Assembly: GCF_001194135.2 (NCBI RefSeq) | Contig: NC_068993.1 | Coordinates: forward strand, 4,198,106 to 4,262,105 | Source of the DNA: Octopus bimaculoides | Taxonomy: Eukaryota | Reading direction: 5' to 3' | DNA: 64,000 nt | Part shown: positions 1 to 12,475 of the stretch, piece after piece | Position numbering within the stretch: position 1 is the first letter of the stretch | Layout of the letters: each line of letters begins with the position of its first letter | Notes under the pieces: model-generated | The model's input: the letters and a program-made list of their open reading frames with translations, nothing else | Told to the model about the DNA's origin: nothing | Databases searched by the model: none | Program-made: the position numbers and the translations under genes

Positions 1-52
<52 letters not shown>

Positions 53-240
53 AATGCATATTACATGTATAGATATATATACACACACATACACATACAT
101 ATATACACATACACATAGACACACACACACATGTATATGTATGTATATATGTATGTATGTATGTATGGATGGATGGATGGATGGATGGATGTATGCATGT
201 ATGTATGTACACACACCTACAAACATTCAAACACAAATGC
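1..240. repeat. Compound (TA)n/(CA)n/(TATG)n/(TGGA)n microsatellite
   Basis: Read directly from the sequence. Confidence 0.95.
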
Positions 241-342
241 ACAAACATATGTATATGCATATAAATGAGTGCGTGTGTATATATATATTTATTTATCACT
301 TTTTATGAGTAAGTTTTCTTACGAACCCACTAATAGAAATAC

Positions 343-555
343 CTCCTCCCACCCATGGCCAAACCAATTTGCAAAGTTTCCACTGTCACAGCCAGAGAAT
401 TTCACATTTTGTCCATCAATTATTTCACTTTGTCTTTTGCAGTAAGACCAATTCCAGTGCACAGTCAAGACATTTTTTGCTTCCACCATTTTCTGCTGAT
501 TCTGTTTAGATATCATTCTAGATGATGTGGCACATCGTCCAAAATTCTGGGTGAA
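343..555 (-). CDS. Candidate internal coding exon, product unknown (FTQNFGRC...GNFANWFGHGWEE)
   Basis: Acceptor tttatttcttgccttag| and donor GAG|gtattt bound 213 nt (phase 0/0) with one open, non-repetitive frame; no recognisable domain. Confidence 0.3.
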
Positions 556-1475
556 CTAAGGCAAGAAATAAATTAAAAACATCAGTGTGAAATTGAACTC
601 ATGATCTCTAATTTGACAGTCTAAATAATATATGAAGTAAGGTATTTACACTTCTATGCCCTCGAGTAAGTGGACTGATCTATCTTGGTTAATACTTACC
701 AGATGTTTCTATGTCTTACCTCCCAAATTGTGTTGAAATATCATCTCTAGATTTTAATATTATTTCGCGTCAGTTATTTCATCCCAGCTCTTGAACACCT
801 AACTTATTAGAAACCTTAGAGTTTCTTAGATTACAGTTCTGAAATTGGAAAGTTTCACAGCGAGGTGAAGGAATCATGCAATTATATCACTCTCATATTG
901 AAAATGAGGAATCGACGCAATTCTTACAGTATTTCGTAGAAAGCCTTCTGATATATTTTCCAGCTCTTTGCTCTGTGAGTTCGAATCCTGTGAAGGTCAA
1001 TTTTGAATTTCATCATTGTTGGGGTTGAAAAATAAACTACCATTCCAAGGGGGTGGGTTTGTGGAATTGTGAGTGCTTAGATGACATACCTTGTGTTATT
1101 GCATCTGTTACATTCATGAGAAATAAAGGAAATATTTAATAATAATAATAATGATGATGATGATGATGATGATGACAACTTCCCATATCTCAACATTATG
1201 GAAGTGAATAATGGTGGTGCTGTAGAGAGAGAGAGATGTGAAAGTGTCAAGAAAACTAAACATATAGAAAATAATAATAATAATATTAGTAATAATAATA
1301 ATAATCATAATAATAATGTTGATGATGATTATGATGATGATGATAATAACAACAACAACAATCTTTGCTTTATTATTGTCACCAGGTCCATTCATACATA
1401 ACATTCAATAAAAGTTTTTTATAAAATGTCATGGTGAGATGTTCAAATTTATAGTCATATAAAATGAAATGAAAT

Positions 1476-1511
<36 letters not shown>

Positions 1512-2210
1512 AAGGGCATTATACAATATATATACATATATGGACAATGTATGTGTGTATGTGTGAGTTTAACATTTTATACAAGGAAAAACAGAGCATC
1601 AGAAGACAAATATACACACACTTGCACACATACATACATACATACATACATACAGATATACATCCATGTATATATACATATATATATATATATCCACATA
1701 TATATATATATATATATATATATTTGTATAGATATATATATATATATTTGTATAGATATATATATATATATGTATATGTATGTATATGTGTGTGTATACA
1801 TATATATGTGTGTGTGTATTACTTGTATGTGCGTATAAAGTAATAAATATAGATGCAAATAGGGGCTATCCATGCTAACAATGAGCAACAAATGCACCCA
1901 CGTATAATAAACATTAGCCCCACGAATGCATTCCATATCTTCTTTGCACTCACTGCAATGGTGAAACACCATGAAATCAATAGCTGTGTTTATCCTATTA
2001 GCAATAGTATATTTTCTAAAAAGTTGACAAGCAATGTAGATGAAGTGGGAACTACGCAACCACGTTTGCACCCATTGCACTGATGCAAAACATGGAATAT
2101 TTTCTACTCAAAGACACTAATTTAACTTCAAGGCAAAACGCATTTTTTTAAAACAATTTTTTTTTAGTATTTCTTCAGTTTTCACTTCTTAATAATTTTT
2201 TAGTATTATT

Positions 2211-2244
<34 letters not shown>

Positions 2245-2517
2245 GTTTGTGATGCATTCAAACAGTTTCAATGCATTGAATGGAAGAGAGAAGGAAGTTC
2301 ACATCTAACTAATTATTTCTCTAAGGAAATTCAGTTTAAAGGACATGTGGTGGCTTAGAAAGGAGATCTCAAGTTAACAATTTAAAAAAAAAAGCAAAAT
2401 CAGACATTTGTTGTTGTTGTTTATTTATTTTTATTTTTATTCCATTGGTACTTTTTGAAGGAACGGTGAATGTAAACCCCAAATGATCTATGTGTGTGTA
2501 GGTAGGAAAACATTTAC

Positions 2518-2674
2518 GCGTGGCTGTGTGGTAAGAAGCTTGCTTACCAACCACATGGTTCTGGGTTCAGTCCTATTATATGGTACCTTGGGCAAGTGTC
2601 TTCTACTATAGCTCTCAGCCTGATCGAAGCCTTGTGAGTGGATTTGGTAGATGGAAACTGAGAGAAGCCTGTCG

Positions 2675-2709
<35 letters not shown>

Positions 2710-2880
2710 TTATATGTATGTGCCTGTGTGTCTGTGTTTGTCCCCTGCCCCACTATTGCTTGACAACTGATGTTGGTGTGTTTATGTCCCGATAACTTAG
2801 TGGTTTGGCAAAAAAGAGACTGATAGAATAAGTACTAGGCTTACAAAGATTAAGTCCCAGGGTCGAATTGTTGGATTAAA
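2518..2880 (+). mobile_element. tRNA-derived SINE, family 2 (head GCGTGGCTGTGTGGTAAGAAGCTTGC...)
   Basis: tRNA-like head, body ...GGCAAGTGTCTTCTACTATAGC...GGAAACTG, internal TA/TG tract, tail GCTTGACAAC...ATAAGTAC; many homologues in the window. Confidence 0.85.
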
Positions 2881-2890
2881 GGGGGTCCCT

Positions 2891-3175
2891 ATTGCCGAAC
2901 TGCTAAGTTATAGGGACATAAAACCACCAACATCGATTGTCAAGCGATGGTGGGTGGACAAATAAAGACACACAAACATATACACACACTCATACCCACA
3001 CACACATATATACGATGGGCTTCTTTCAGTTTCCATCTACCATACCTACTCACAAGGCTTTGGTTGGCCCAAGGCTATAGTAGAAGACACTTGCTCTAGG
3101 TGCCACGCAGTAGAACTGAACCCAGAACCATGTGGTTGGTAAGCAAGCTACTTACCATGTAGCCACTCCTGCACC
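2891..3175 (-). mobile_element. SINE family 2, inverted copy
   Basis: Reverse complement of the 2518-2880 element. Confidence 0.85.
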
Positions 3176-3206
3176 TTCATATCTATATCTATCTATCTAT
3201 CTATCT

Positions 3207-3237
<31 letters not shown>

Positions 3238-3240
3238 AAT

Positions 3241-3390
3241 GCAGGTTTCGCTGCATTGTAGAAGCTTAATTTCCAGCCACAATGTTTTGGGTTCAATCCC
3301 ACTGCATTGCACCTTGGGCAAGTATTTTGTACTATAGCCCTGAGCAACCAAAGCCTTGCGAATGTACCTGGTAGGCAGGAACAGAAAGAA
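3241..3390 (+). mobile_element. SINE family 2, diverged 5' half
   Basis: GGGTTCAATCCCACTGC...CCTTGGGCAAGT...CAAAGCCTTG matches the family. Confidence 0.75.
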
Positions 3391-3514
3391 GTCTGGCATA
3401 TATGTGTATGTGTGTGTGTGTGTGTTTATACATATATACATGTGTGTTTGTTTGTGTGTGCATGTATACATGCGTGTGTGTGTATATGCTTGTGTGTATG
3501 TGTATGTTTCTGCC

Positions 3515-3790
3515 AGCTCACCGCCTGATTTCCCTGATTTCGGCTGTGAATGCTGTTTTATGTTCACCAATCATTTGAGGGCTTTTCTGGTAAACATTAT
3601 CCTTGAGATAACCCCAACAGAAAAAAATCTGGGTGGGGGAGTCAAGTCCGGTGAATGTGGGGCCCACTCAACATCACACTTCCTGCTGATAAGTTTCTCC
3701 TGAAATCGGTCTCTCAACCAGGTTAGGGAGTCATTTGGAGTCTCGCTGGAACCATGGTTCATCGTGATCTATCCCTCTGCGTCATTTTAT
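3515..3790 (-). pseudogene. Tc1/mariner transposase C-terminal relic
   Basis: Frameshifted translation WFQRD...WLRDRFQEKLISRKCDVEWAPHSPDLTPP/DFFLWGYLKDNVY fits the WFQQDG...WPxRSPDLTPxDFFLWGYLK catalytic region. Confidence 0.85.
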
Positions 3791-4077
3791 TCAAACAGTT
3801 TTATTCAAAGATTTGAGGGTTCTGTCTTTTTTGGTGGGGGTCACCCTGCATGTGAGTATATATATGCATATATGTATGTATATCTATATGTAGTTTTGAA
3901 CATGAAGCCAAACCAACTAACGAGGTTTTAATACGTACCTTTGAGGTGATTTCAGAGTATCATTATTCGTTTACGCTTCATTAGTACAACTAATATGACC
4001 CGATGCCAGTCCAAACCAGTTGCCCTTCACTTCACTAATATGGATGCTGTAACAACAATTTGGATTTNNNNNNNNNN

Positions 4078-4114
<37 letters not shown>

Positions 4115-4931
4115 TGTATGTATATGTATATATGCATACATACAAATATATATGTATATATGTATACATACATACACATGTATATACATACATATCTATA
4201 TATAATTATATTCACATGTGTGTGTGTGTGTGTGTGTATCAGTGAGTAGTATGTGTATGTGTGTGCAAGAGTTAATGTGTACTGTATGACTGCGATATGA
4301 ATATCTACAGTATATAAGCATGTGTGTGAATATGTGTTGTGTCTCAACATTTTGTATTTGTGTACAACAACACGGGTACCTATGGCGATTATATATTTAT
4401 GTGTATAAAAGTACGAACCACTTTATATATCTGAGTGTATAAACAAGATTATGAATGGCTGTGTACGTCTATATACATACACACATATACACACATATGT
4501 GTGTGTGTACGTGTGTTTGTATGTATATGCACATACTTACATAAACGTCTGTGTATGTATATATATGTAAACACACACACATATATATACATATATAAAC
4601 TTGCGCACATATGTATGTGTGAACTACATATCTTTATCTTTTAACTGTAAACAAGTGTACGCAAGTGTGACTGTGTGTCTGTCTGTCTGTGTGGATGTGG
4701 ATGTGTGCGCTTGTATGTGTGCTTGCATGTAAACATTTACACACAGCAAGATGGTTGAAATGGAAATAAAGAAATGGTGTGTCTTGGATTCTTGTCAGAT
4801 TAACAAAGCATTAATTAGCTTTGCCACGCTGTTTTCGCAGAAAATTCAAATCCAATTTAATTTTTATATCTCGTTAAAGAGTTTCTGCAGGAAAGAAACA
4901 AAATATACCAATAATAATATTAATAATAATA

Positions 4932-4987
<56 letters not shown>

Positions 4988-5012
4988 GTTATTATTATTA
5001 TTATTATTATTA
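4932..5012. repeat. (GAT)n/(ATT)n microsatellite
   Basis: Read directly from the sequence. Confidence 0.95.
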
Positions 5013-5318
5013 TGGTGAAACTGATAGTAATTACAGTGATTTAATAATTGTAATTATAGAATAATAATAATTCTTTCATTTATTTGCCACAAGGGTCTAT
5101 TCATTGACAGAGTGCTACAAAGGGGTTACCGGAAATGTGGAGACATACATGTATGCATATGTGCTCAAACACACAAACACATGCAAAAACATACACACCT
5201 GCATACACACATACAGGTATGTTGGATTTGTGTGTGTATACATTGCCACATGTCCTATAACTCTTTCCAAACAAGAAGAATGTATACATGCACACACAAA
5301 GGCTTATATATAAATGTA

Positions 5319-5349
<31 letters not shown>

Positions 5350-5484
5350 TGACACTAACCATGTATTATTCTATATATATGTATATATATTTATAATAAT
5401 AATGATGATGATGACGAAGAGGCGGGAGAGGGCAATGATGATGGTGATGATGAATGCAATGATGATGATGATGATGATAATCTT

Positions 5485-5645
5485 TTCTACTACAAGCACA
5501 AGGCCTGAAATTTTTTAGGGTTGGTGGGGATATTTGATTATATCAACCCCTGTGTTTAACTGACATTTATTTCAATGACTCTGAAAGGATGACAGACGAA
5601 GTCAACCTGGAAGGAATTTGAACTTACAATGTAGAGAAGGGCAAA
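5485..5645 (-). mobile_element. tRNA-derived SINE, family 1 (head GGCGAGCTGGCAGAATCGTTAGC...), diverged
   Basis: CACAAGGCCTGAAATT...GAAAGGATGA...GTCAACC...ATTTGAACT is the reverse complement of the family body. Confidence 0.75.
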
Positions 5646-5714
5646 ACGCTACTTAGAGAACATTATCATTTTTATACTTAAATTATATTTTCAGTGTAGG
5701 TATTTTTGTGTTCC

Positions 5715-5970
5715 ATAAATGCATCCCGGTGTCATGCAAAGGACACCCGTGCTGCTGGCATGTAAATGTACCCAATACACTCTCAAAGTGGTTGGCCTTA
5801 GGAAGGGCATGCAGCCATAGAGAACCATGCCAAATAAGACTGGAGTCTGGTGCAGCCTTCCAGTATGCAAGCCCAGTCAGTCTGGCCAACCAATGCCAGC
5901 ATGGACAACAGACATTAAATGATGATGATGATGATGATGATGACGACGACGATGATGATGATGATGATGA
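5715..5970 (+). mobile_element. Retroposon family 3 with RTE-like 3' end and (GAT)n tail
   Basis: GGAAGGGCATGCAGCC...GCCAGCATGGACAACAGACATTAAATGATGATG; homologues at 54785, 55068, 58130, 63715. Confidence 0.75.
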
Positions 5971-6301
5971 TAACTGTACATATCAAAGTGCTTAAGTGTT
6001 TCTGTGAGTTAAATTCGAAATTTGGTGGAATACTTGTTTACTTTATTTTTACTGTAGTGAGTACATCAGATCCACTATTCTGAGTGTATTCCTGTCGTGA
6101 TGACTAAATTTTGAAATGTCAAAAACGTTTAAATAGTTTTTTTTAATGCCTAAATTCTGATTCTCCTCTACCATAGGTTAATGAACCACACATAAAACTC
6201 TGCAGCAAATTACCAGCAGCACAATGTACATACATACATACATACATACGAACAGACAGATAGATAGATAAGTGTGTGTATATGTATGTAAGAGTGTGTG
6301 A

Positions 6302-6357
<56 letters not shown>

Positions 6358-7678
6358 TGCCACTTTATATACATTTTGACACACTATCCCAACAGGTTTA
6401 TTGTTAAGCTGGGAAAATACTACAAGACTAAAATATATGGATTCTGTTAGTGATCTCTGCTGATATGATGCTGATGTGCAGTATATGGAATACATAAAGG
6501 TGTTCTACTCTTGGAAAAATAACTTTGGAGTTAAATGGAACTGGTGTTATATTTATAGAGGAGGCCACACTGTGATAATACTACCACATTAAAATGAGAA
6601 GCTCACCGTTTTTTTTCAAAATTCAAACTGAAGTGTAATCCAGTTTGTAATTCACAAGTTTTAGTTTCAAGAATCCTTTTAAATGATGTTCAAATACGTG
6701 AACAAGTTTCATTTTTATTTAAGACCATGGGACAAGGAGTCAATATTTTTGTATTTCCGGTGATACACAAGATTCCACCAGCTGTTGCTTGTATCATGTA
6801 AATTGTTTCTTTCGACTACGCTTCATCTTGCAGTGACAACAATTACTGTTCTGCCTTAAATTTTATATATATATATACACATACATATATATATATAGCA
6901 AGTGGTATTATATACCTTACTGAACCTATACACACACACACATGTATATATATATGGAGTGGAATCTTTTACCATATCTTACAATATGCTTTTATGATAT
7001 AGGAGATGGAGTTTTCTGTATACACTGTAGAACTTATCTATTCTAATAGACTTATCAGAATATAGATGCATAAATACTTGTAGAAATGCAGGTATTAATA
7101 TGAATATTCATATTGATGTTAAAGCTTTGTACTTAAGTGTTTCATGCCGTGTTGTACAATCCTCAGTGAAGGGAAGGAATTGGATACAGCAACTGTATTT
7201 TATGTCCAGTCTGAGTTGATTCATTTTATGGAATAGCTAGGGTAAAATACTTTTGAGTTCGGAATGCCTGTTCTTTTAGATGAAATTTTAAGAATTTAAG
7301 AGGCCATGCAATTGATTGTAAAGCATCAATAAAATGGTATTCATTTTATTGATCCCGAAAAGATGAAAATCACTTAACCTCCCAAACTCCTACCCTAAAA
7401 CACTCCAGACTCTAGGATTTGAACTTAAAGAGACTTACTTAAAGACACTGTCTCCTTCACAGCAACAACAACACCATCCAAAAATAATACAGAAAAAAAA
7501 AATGAAAATTTTGATTCAATTAGGAATTTTTCACACAGGATATTTAAATTTTATTAGGCTTTCTCATTCAGTATGTAATCCTCAATGTTTCTGAAGTAAA
7601 TTTCAGTCTGACAATTAGTTGTAGCAGTTGTGGTAGTTACTGTTGCACTTGATGTATTTATTTTCATCATCATCATCA

Positions 7679-7683
<5 letters not shown>

Positions 7684-7729
<46 letters not shown>

Positions 7730-7841
7730 GTTTTAATTTCGTTTTTTTCCTTTTGTTTAATCTTTTCTCATTATAATTCGCTAATTATAATTATAACTAT
7801 CATTATTTACATTATTATTATTATTAATGTTATTATAATTA

Positions 7842-7903
<62 letters not shown>

Positions 7904-7925
7904 ATTATTATTATTATTATTATTG
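7684..7925. repeat. (ATT)n microsatellite complex
   Basis: Read directly from the sequence. Confidence 0.95.
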
Positions 7926-8427
7926 TTAGTATTATTAGTATTAATACTGCTTTTAGGTGCGAGTGAGGAGAGTCATTTGTTTTTCTGTTTATTTGTTTTC
8001 TTTTCCTTTTTTTGCTTGTTATATTTGAATTTCAAACCTTCTTTTTAATCTTATTTATTTGCTTCCTTCATTTTTCTTGTTCTTTTTTTTTTGTTATTTC
8101 TTGCTATTTATATTTATTGTGTTTTTATGTTTTTACACATTTCAAACAATTTTATATTTTATATTTATTTATTTAATGATATTTTTCTTTATATAGTTAT
8201 ATTGTACGGCTTAATGTTTTTTTTTTCCCTCTCTAATGCAATCCGATCAATAGTAAAAAATTTGATCAAATAGGAATTCGCATGGACATGGTTAAAGAAG
8301 AGAAAGAAAATAACAATCACCCAAAAACGCACTTTTTAAATCTCTGATATGTCATGGGTATATATGTGCATATCTGTATATGGTTTCTCTCTCTCTCTCT
8401 CTCTTTCTCTACATATATATTTATATA

Positions 8428-8429
<2 letters not shown>

Positions 8430-8513
<84 letters not shown>
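8430..8513. repeat. (TA)n microsatellite
   Basis: Read directly from the sequence. Confidence 0.95.
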
Positions 8514-8517
<4 letters not shown>

Positions 8518-9924
8518 TAAATGTATCTATATTTGTATATATATGTATATATATGTATGTATGTATATATACATATATACATGCATATGTATATGTGTGT
8601 GTGAGTGAATGTGTATATGTACATGTGTACATTTCTCTACAGCTCCGTGAGTACACACAAGTGAAACACTGCTGTGTCTCATGTGTACACCTGTGCACAC
8701 GTACGTACACATATGCATATGTATTTATAATATGTGCGTATCTCTATGTATCACTATGCATACGTGCGCATGCGCATTATTATTGCTAGGATTGGGCAGT
8801 TCTTTATTATTTATTATTATGAATTATTTTTTTTGTGCCTGTTTTAATATTTTAACACATTTCTTTTTTCTTTTCCTTTCTTCCGCTACCAGTTGAAGGA
8901 GCATGGAGTAAAGTTATTCGTTATTTTGTAGATTTGATTTTTTTATTCATTGTTTTGCTTTTAATTTGTTTCATTGTTCTTTTTTTTTTTTTGTTTTACA
9001 ATGAAAACTGTAATCAATTAATCAACTTAATTTGTGTTAAAATCAATTTATTTATTTATTCACTTGTTTATTTTTTTTCTTTCCATTTTATGTTCAAGTG
9101 TATTTTTGAAGTTTCTTCTTTTTTTTTCATTTTTTAATGCACTTTGTTTCTTTGGTTTGTTTTTCGGTTAAATTCTCAGGTTAAGAATAAAAAGAAAATA
9201 CAATTTGGAATCAAATTAAAATGAGAAAATGAAAATTACAATTTAAAGACTTAAAATAAAGAAAATTTTAAACAGAAGATTCAACTAAAAATTTCAATAA
9301 TAGGATCAAATGAAGAAAATATTTGACAAAAAACTGGAAACATACACCCAAAAATACATACATAAATATTAATAGCACATATACATAAACATCGATACAT
9401 AATGGCTTATAAATATATACACATATATACACAAACTAAAAAAATAATATATAAATTATACTTTGTGTTTGAATACGCGCATAGAATTTTAAATCGCTTT
9501 AAATAAAAAAAAAGTGAGGGTTATTAGTGTTGTTGTTGATGATGATGTTGATGATGTTCATGATGTTCATGATGTTCATGATGTTGGTGATGCTGATGAT
9601 AAGTGTTTTAGTATTGTTGTTGATGATAATGATACTGCTTGTGATGATGACAGTTATTTTGATGCTCTGAATTTGTTGTTGCTTTGCTCTAGGTTAACTC
9701 TGACCAAGCAATCCTATGATAAAAGTAATTCCAGTCGTGGCCACCCCAATTTTTGTCCAATGTGCTGATAATGCTGCACCACATTATCCAATATGTTCTT
9801 TCCAAGACAGCAGGTTGTTATTTGCTGTAGAGTTGGCTGCTATTTCGAGTGACTGACTAACCACTTACAGGCTCCTGCTGTAGTTGATATTTGTGATTAT
9901 CATTATTATTATTATTATCACTAA

Positions 9925-10140
9925 TAAGGTGGCAAGTTGGCAGAATCGTTTGCATACCAGGCAAAATGGTTAACAGCATTTCACCCATCTTTACGCTTTG
10001 AGTTCAAATCCCTCCAAGGTCGACTTTACTTTTCATCTTTTCAAGGTCAATGAAATAAGTACCAGTTATGCACTAGGGTCGATGTAATTGACTAACCATC
10101 CCCCCAAAAAATTTCAGGCCTTGTGCTTAAAGTAGAAAAG
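9925..10140 (+). mobile_element. SINE family 1
   Basis: GGTGGCAAGTTGGCAGAATCG...GAGTTCAAATCC (B-box-like)...ATAAGTACCAG...CAGGCCTTGTGC. Confidence 0.85.
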
Positions 10141-10538
10141 ACATTTGTCCAAGTTTCTCGCCGTGGGACCAAACCCGAAACCATTTCGTCGGCAAGAAAG
10201 TTTCTTATCACAAAGCCAGGTTTGCGCCTATAAATACTTTCATTTTTGTAATCAAAGAAAATTTAGATACCTAGATTCATATGAGATGTGCTCAAAAACG
10301 ATTTTCTCACCCGCGGGGCAACAACATAGTTTGCAATAAATCGGCCAAAATTTCGACAGATGATTCAAACACATCTTTTAAAAATCGATAATTGTCATTC
10401 TTTCGTTGAACCTTTCGTTGAACCTGATGGCTCACAGTAGACATCTTATAAAAAGCATTTTATAAAACTGATTATAAGGTTGTTGCGTACGACTTCTAGG
10501 TTTTGTGAAATCTTTAGTGGGAAATAACCAAATGTATT

Positions 10539-10683
10539 TCATCTGTGACCATCCAACCGCTTTATGATGTATCCAGGTCCGCATTGTTTAATGAACTCAT
10601 CTGCCTTTAAAAAAGGCTCTAGATGTGGCTTGAAGTTTTTGTCTGATGTGATTTGCAGTCGAGTAAAAGTACAAAAGTTCCCT
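10539..10683 (-). CDS. Candidate terminal coding exon, product unknown (GNFCTFTRLQ...KRLDGHR*)
   Basis: Strong acceptor ttttagattttttttctacag|, then 47 open codons to TGA; no recognisable domain. Confidence 0.2.
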
Positions 10684-10819
10684 CTGTAGAAAAAAAAATC
10701 TAAAAATAAAAAAAAAGAAACAATGCCCTAACCATTTCAAAAAGTAATCTAATATAGTTTTCTGAACCTTACGATCTCGGAAAAGACTCATGTTTTGCTT
10801 GTAATTCCAATAATAATGA

Positions 10820-11012
10820 TTTCAAATTTTGGCAGAAGGCCAGGAATTTCGGGTGAGAGAGTAAGTCGACTATATCAACCTACTGGTACTTATTCTAACG
10901 ACCCCGAAAAAAAAAAGTCAAAACCGACCCCATAGAATTTGAACTCAGAACGGACGAAATACTGCTGAGCATTTTGTCTGGAGTGCTAAAGATACTGCCA
11001 TCTTGACGCCTT
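10820..11012 (-). mobile_element. SINE family 1
   Basis: Reverse-complement match to the family body and head. Confidence 0.8.
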
Positions 11013-11895
11013 GCACACAATAAGACATTTTGATGGCATAAGACATTTTGATGGAAAGTATAGTCAATTTAATCGATTCTCCTATAGTTGACTGGTATTT
11101 ATTTTTTGGTCCGGGAAGCAGTATGGAAAAATTTAACCTCGGAGAGAATTGAACTCAAAGCGTAAAATAACTTGACTAAATACCATAATGTGTTAATTTA
11201 ATGCTAAACCAATTCTATGATCATTTCTCCCCGCACGTAGGAACATTGCTTTATAAGAATACATGTCTTAGAATATTCAAATAGTCTTTAAGTTTTATCT
11301 GCATACAAGCATATATATATATATATGTGTGTATGTATATGTATGTATTTGTATGCACGTATGCACATATACATTAGTATAAATTTCTTGTGAAGAGCAG
11401 AATTGTAAATATCAGATCAATTATTGATCACGTATAATTAAATTTCAAAAGAGAAACAAATCATCTCTGTTAGCAAACATCAAAGATACAAGTAATTTTG
11501 ATAATTTTATTTCTTTATTTGCGCATTTTATTCCTTTACATATATATTTTTGTTAGTTTGTTCTCTGCTGCTCAAAACATAACGTACTTTGTTATGGAAT
11601 TTTAAGACATCGCAGAACGGTACAAATAATATTACCAGTTCTTTGATTATTCCTAATTCAAGTAGAAAAAGACTGTATCCTATTATAGGAGTATATATAT
11701 TCAATCAAAGATGTACGATTCTAAATGTAAAATTGGATTTCTTACGACTATACAATTATATAATAATGATTTCTTACAAAGATGTAAATCGACAGATTTC
11801 TAAAATTATCTATTTATCGTATTTCCTTCCCTACACTATTTCACACCATCAAATGTGTTATAGAGAGATTGAAATATAGTTACCCAAGAATAAGT

Positions 11896-12201
11896 GCAAT
11901 AGTGGAGTAAAGATTGTTTGCCAACATAACATGGCAGTCCTGGTTTAGGATGAATGTTGCTGTAATTTAGCCCCAGGAGATATCGTCTCCAGCTGGCTAT
12001 ATGACACGATCTGTGTCCTTATATTTTCGAACAAGGGAATCTAGCAACCCCACTCCCTTGTTCGAAACTATAAGGACACAGATGATGTCGTATAGCCAGC
12101 TGGAGACGATGTCTCTTGGGGCTAAATTACAGTAACATTCGTCCTAAACCAAGACTGCCATGCTATGTTGGCAAACAATCTTTACTCCAAAGTACTGTTG
12201 C
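11896..12201. mobile_element. Foldback / MITE-like element
   Basis: Arms 11903-12038 and 12054-12189 (136 bp each, about 10 mismatches by eye) around a 15-nt spacer; no clear TSD. Confidence 0.8.
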
Positions 12202-12219
12202 TGAATATCTCTCGTTGTG

Positions 12220-12280
12220 AGATTTGGCGTAGTGGTTAAGTGCACGGGCTACTAACCCCAAGATTCCAGGCATTGACTTA

Positions 12281-12312
<32 letters not shown>

Positions 12313-12475
12313 CAACATCGAAAAATATCTTAGGAATGAGAACCCAGGTTGGAAATTTCCCCAAGACACCTGATGAAGGCTGGGGGGTATATCAGCCGAA
12401 ATATTGTGTTAACAACAAACAAGATGAGGACAAATATCCGTCAAATGTAAATAATATAAGTAATTTTCTAAGTGC
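12220..12475 (+). mobile_element. Composite tRNA-head/(AAT)n/hammerhead-tail element (family A), copy 1
   Basis: A box TGGCGTAGTGG at 12225-12235, anticodon-like arm GGGCTACTAACCCC, B box lost between two ATTCC, (AAT)n, then the tail. Confidence 0.8.
12365..12410 (+). ncRNA. Minimal type I hammerhead ribozyme motif (family A)
   Basis: GACAC-CTGATGA-A-GGCTG(loop 10)CAGCC-GAAA-TAT-T-GTGTT; helix I GACAC/GUGUU, palindromic helix III AUAU. Confidence 0.7.

Noticed and set aside
1090-1104. 15-nt minus-strand microexon candidate (taacag|ATGCAATAACACAAG|gtatgt)
   Set aside because: It reads ATG CAA TAA in the phase needed to join the 343-555 exon, and such short AG..GT pairs are common by chance.
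3939-4046. 108-nt minus-strand segment with good acceptor and donor
   Set aside because: Stops in all three frames. Rescue by stop-codon editing would be unsupported speculation; it could only be a non-coding exon.
12225-12270. tRNA-like sequences here and at 48045 as genuine tRNA genes
   Set aside because: They are truncated or deleted, lack a complete acceptor stem and run into repeat tails; they are SINE heads.
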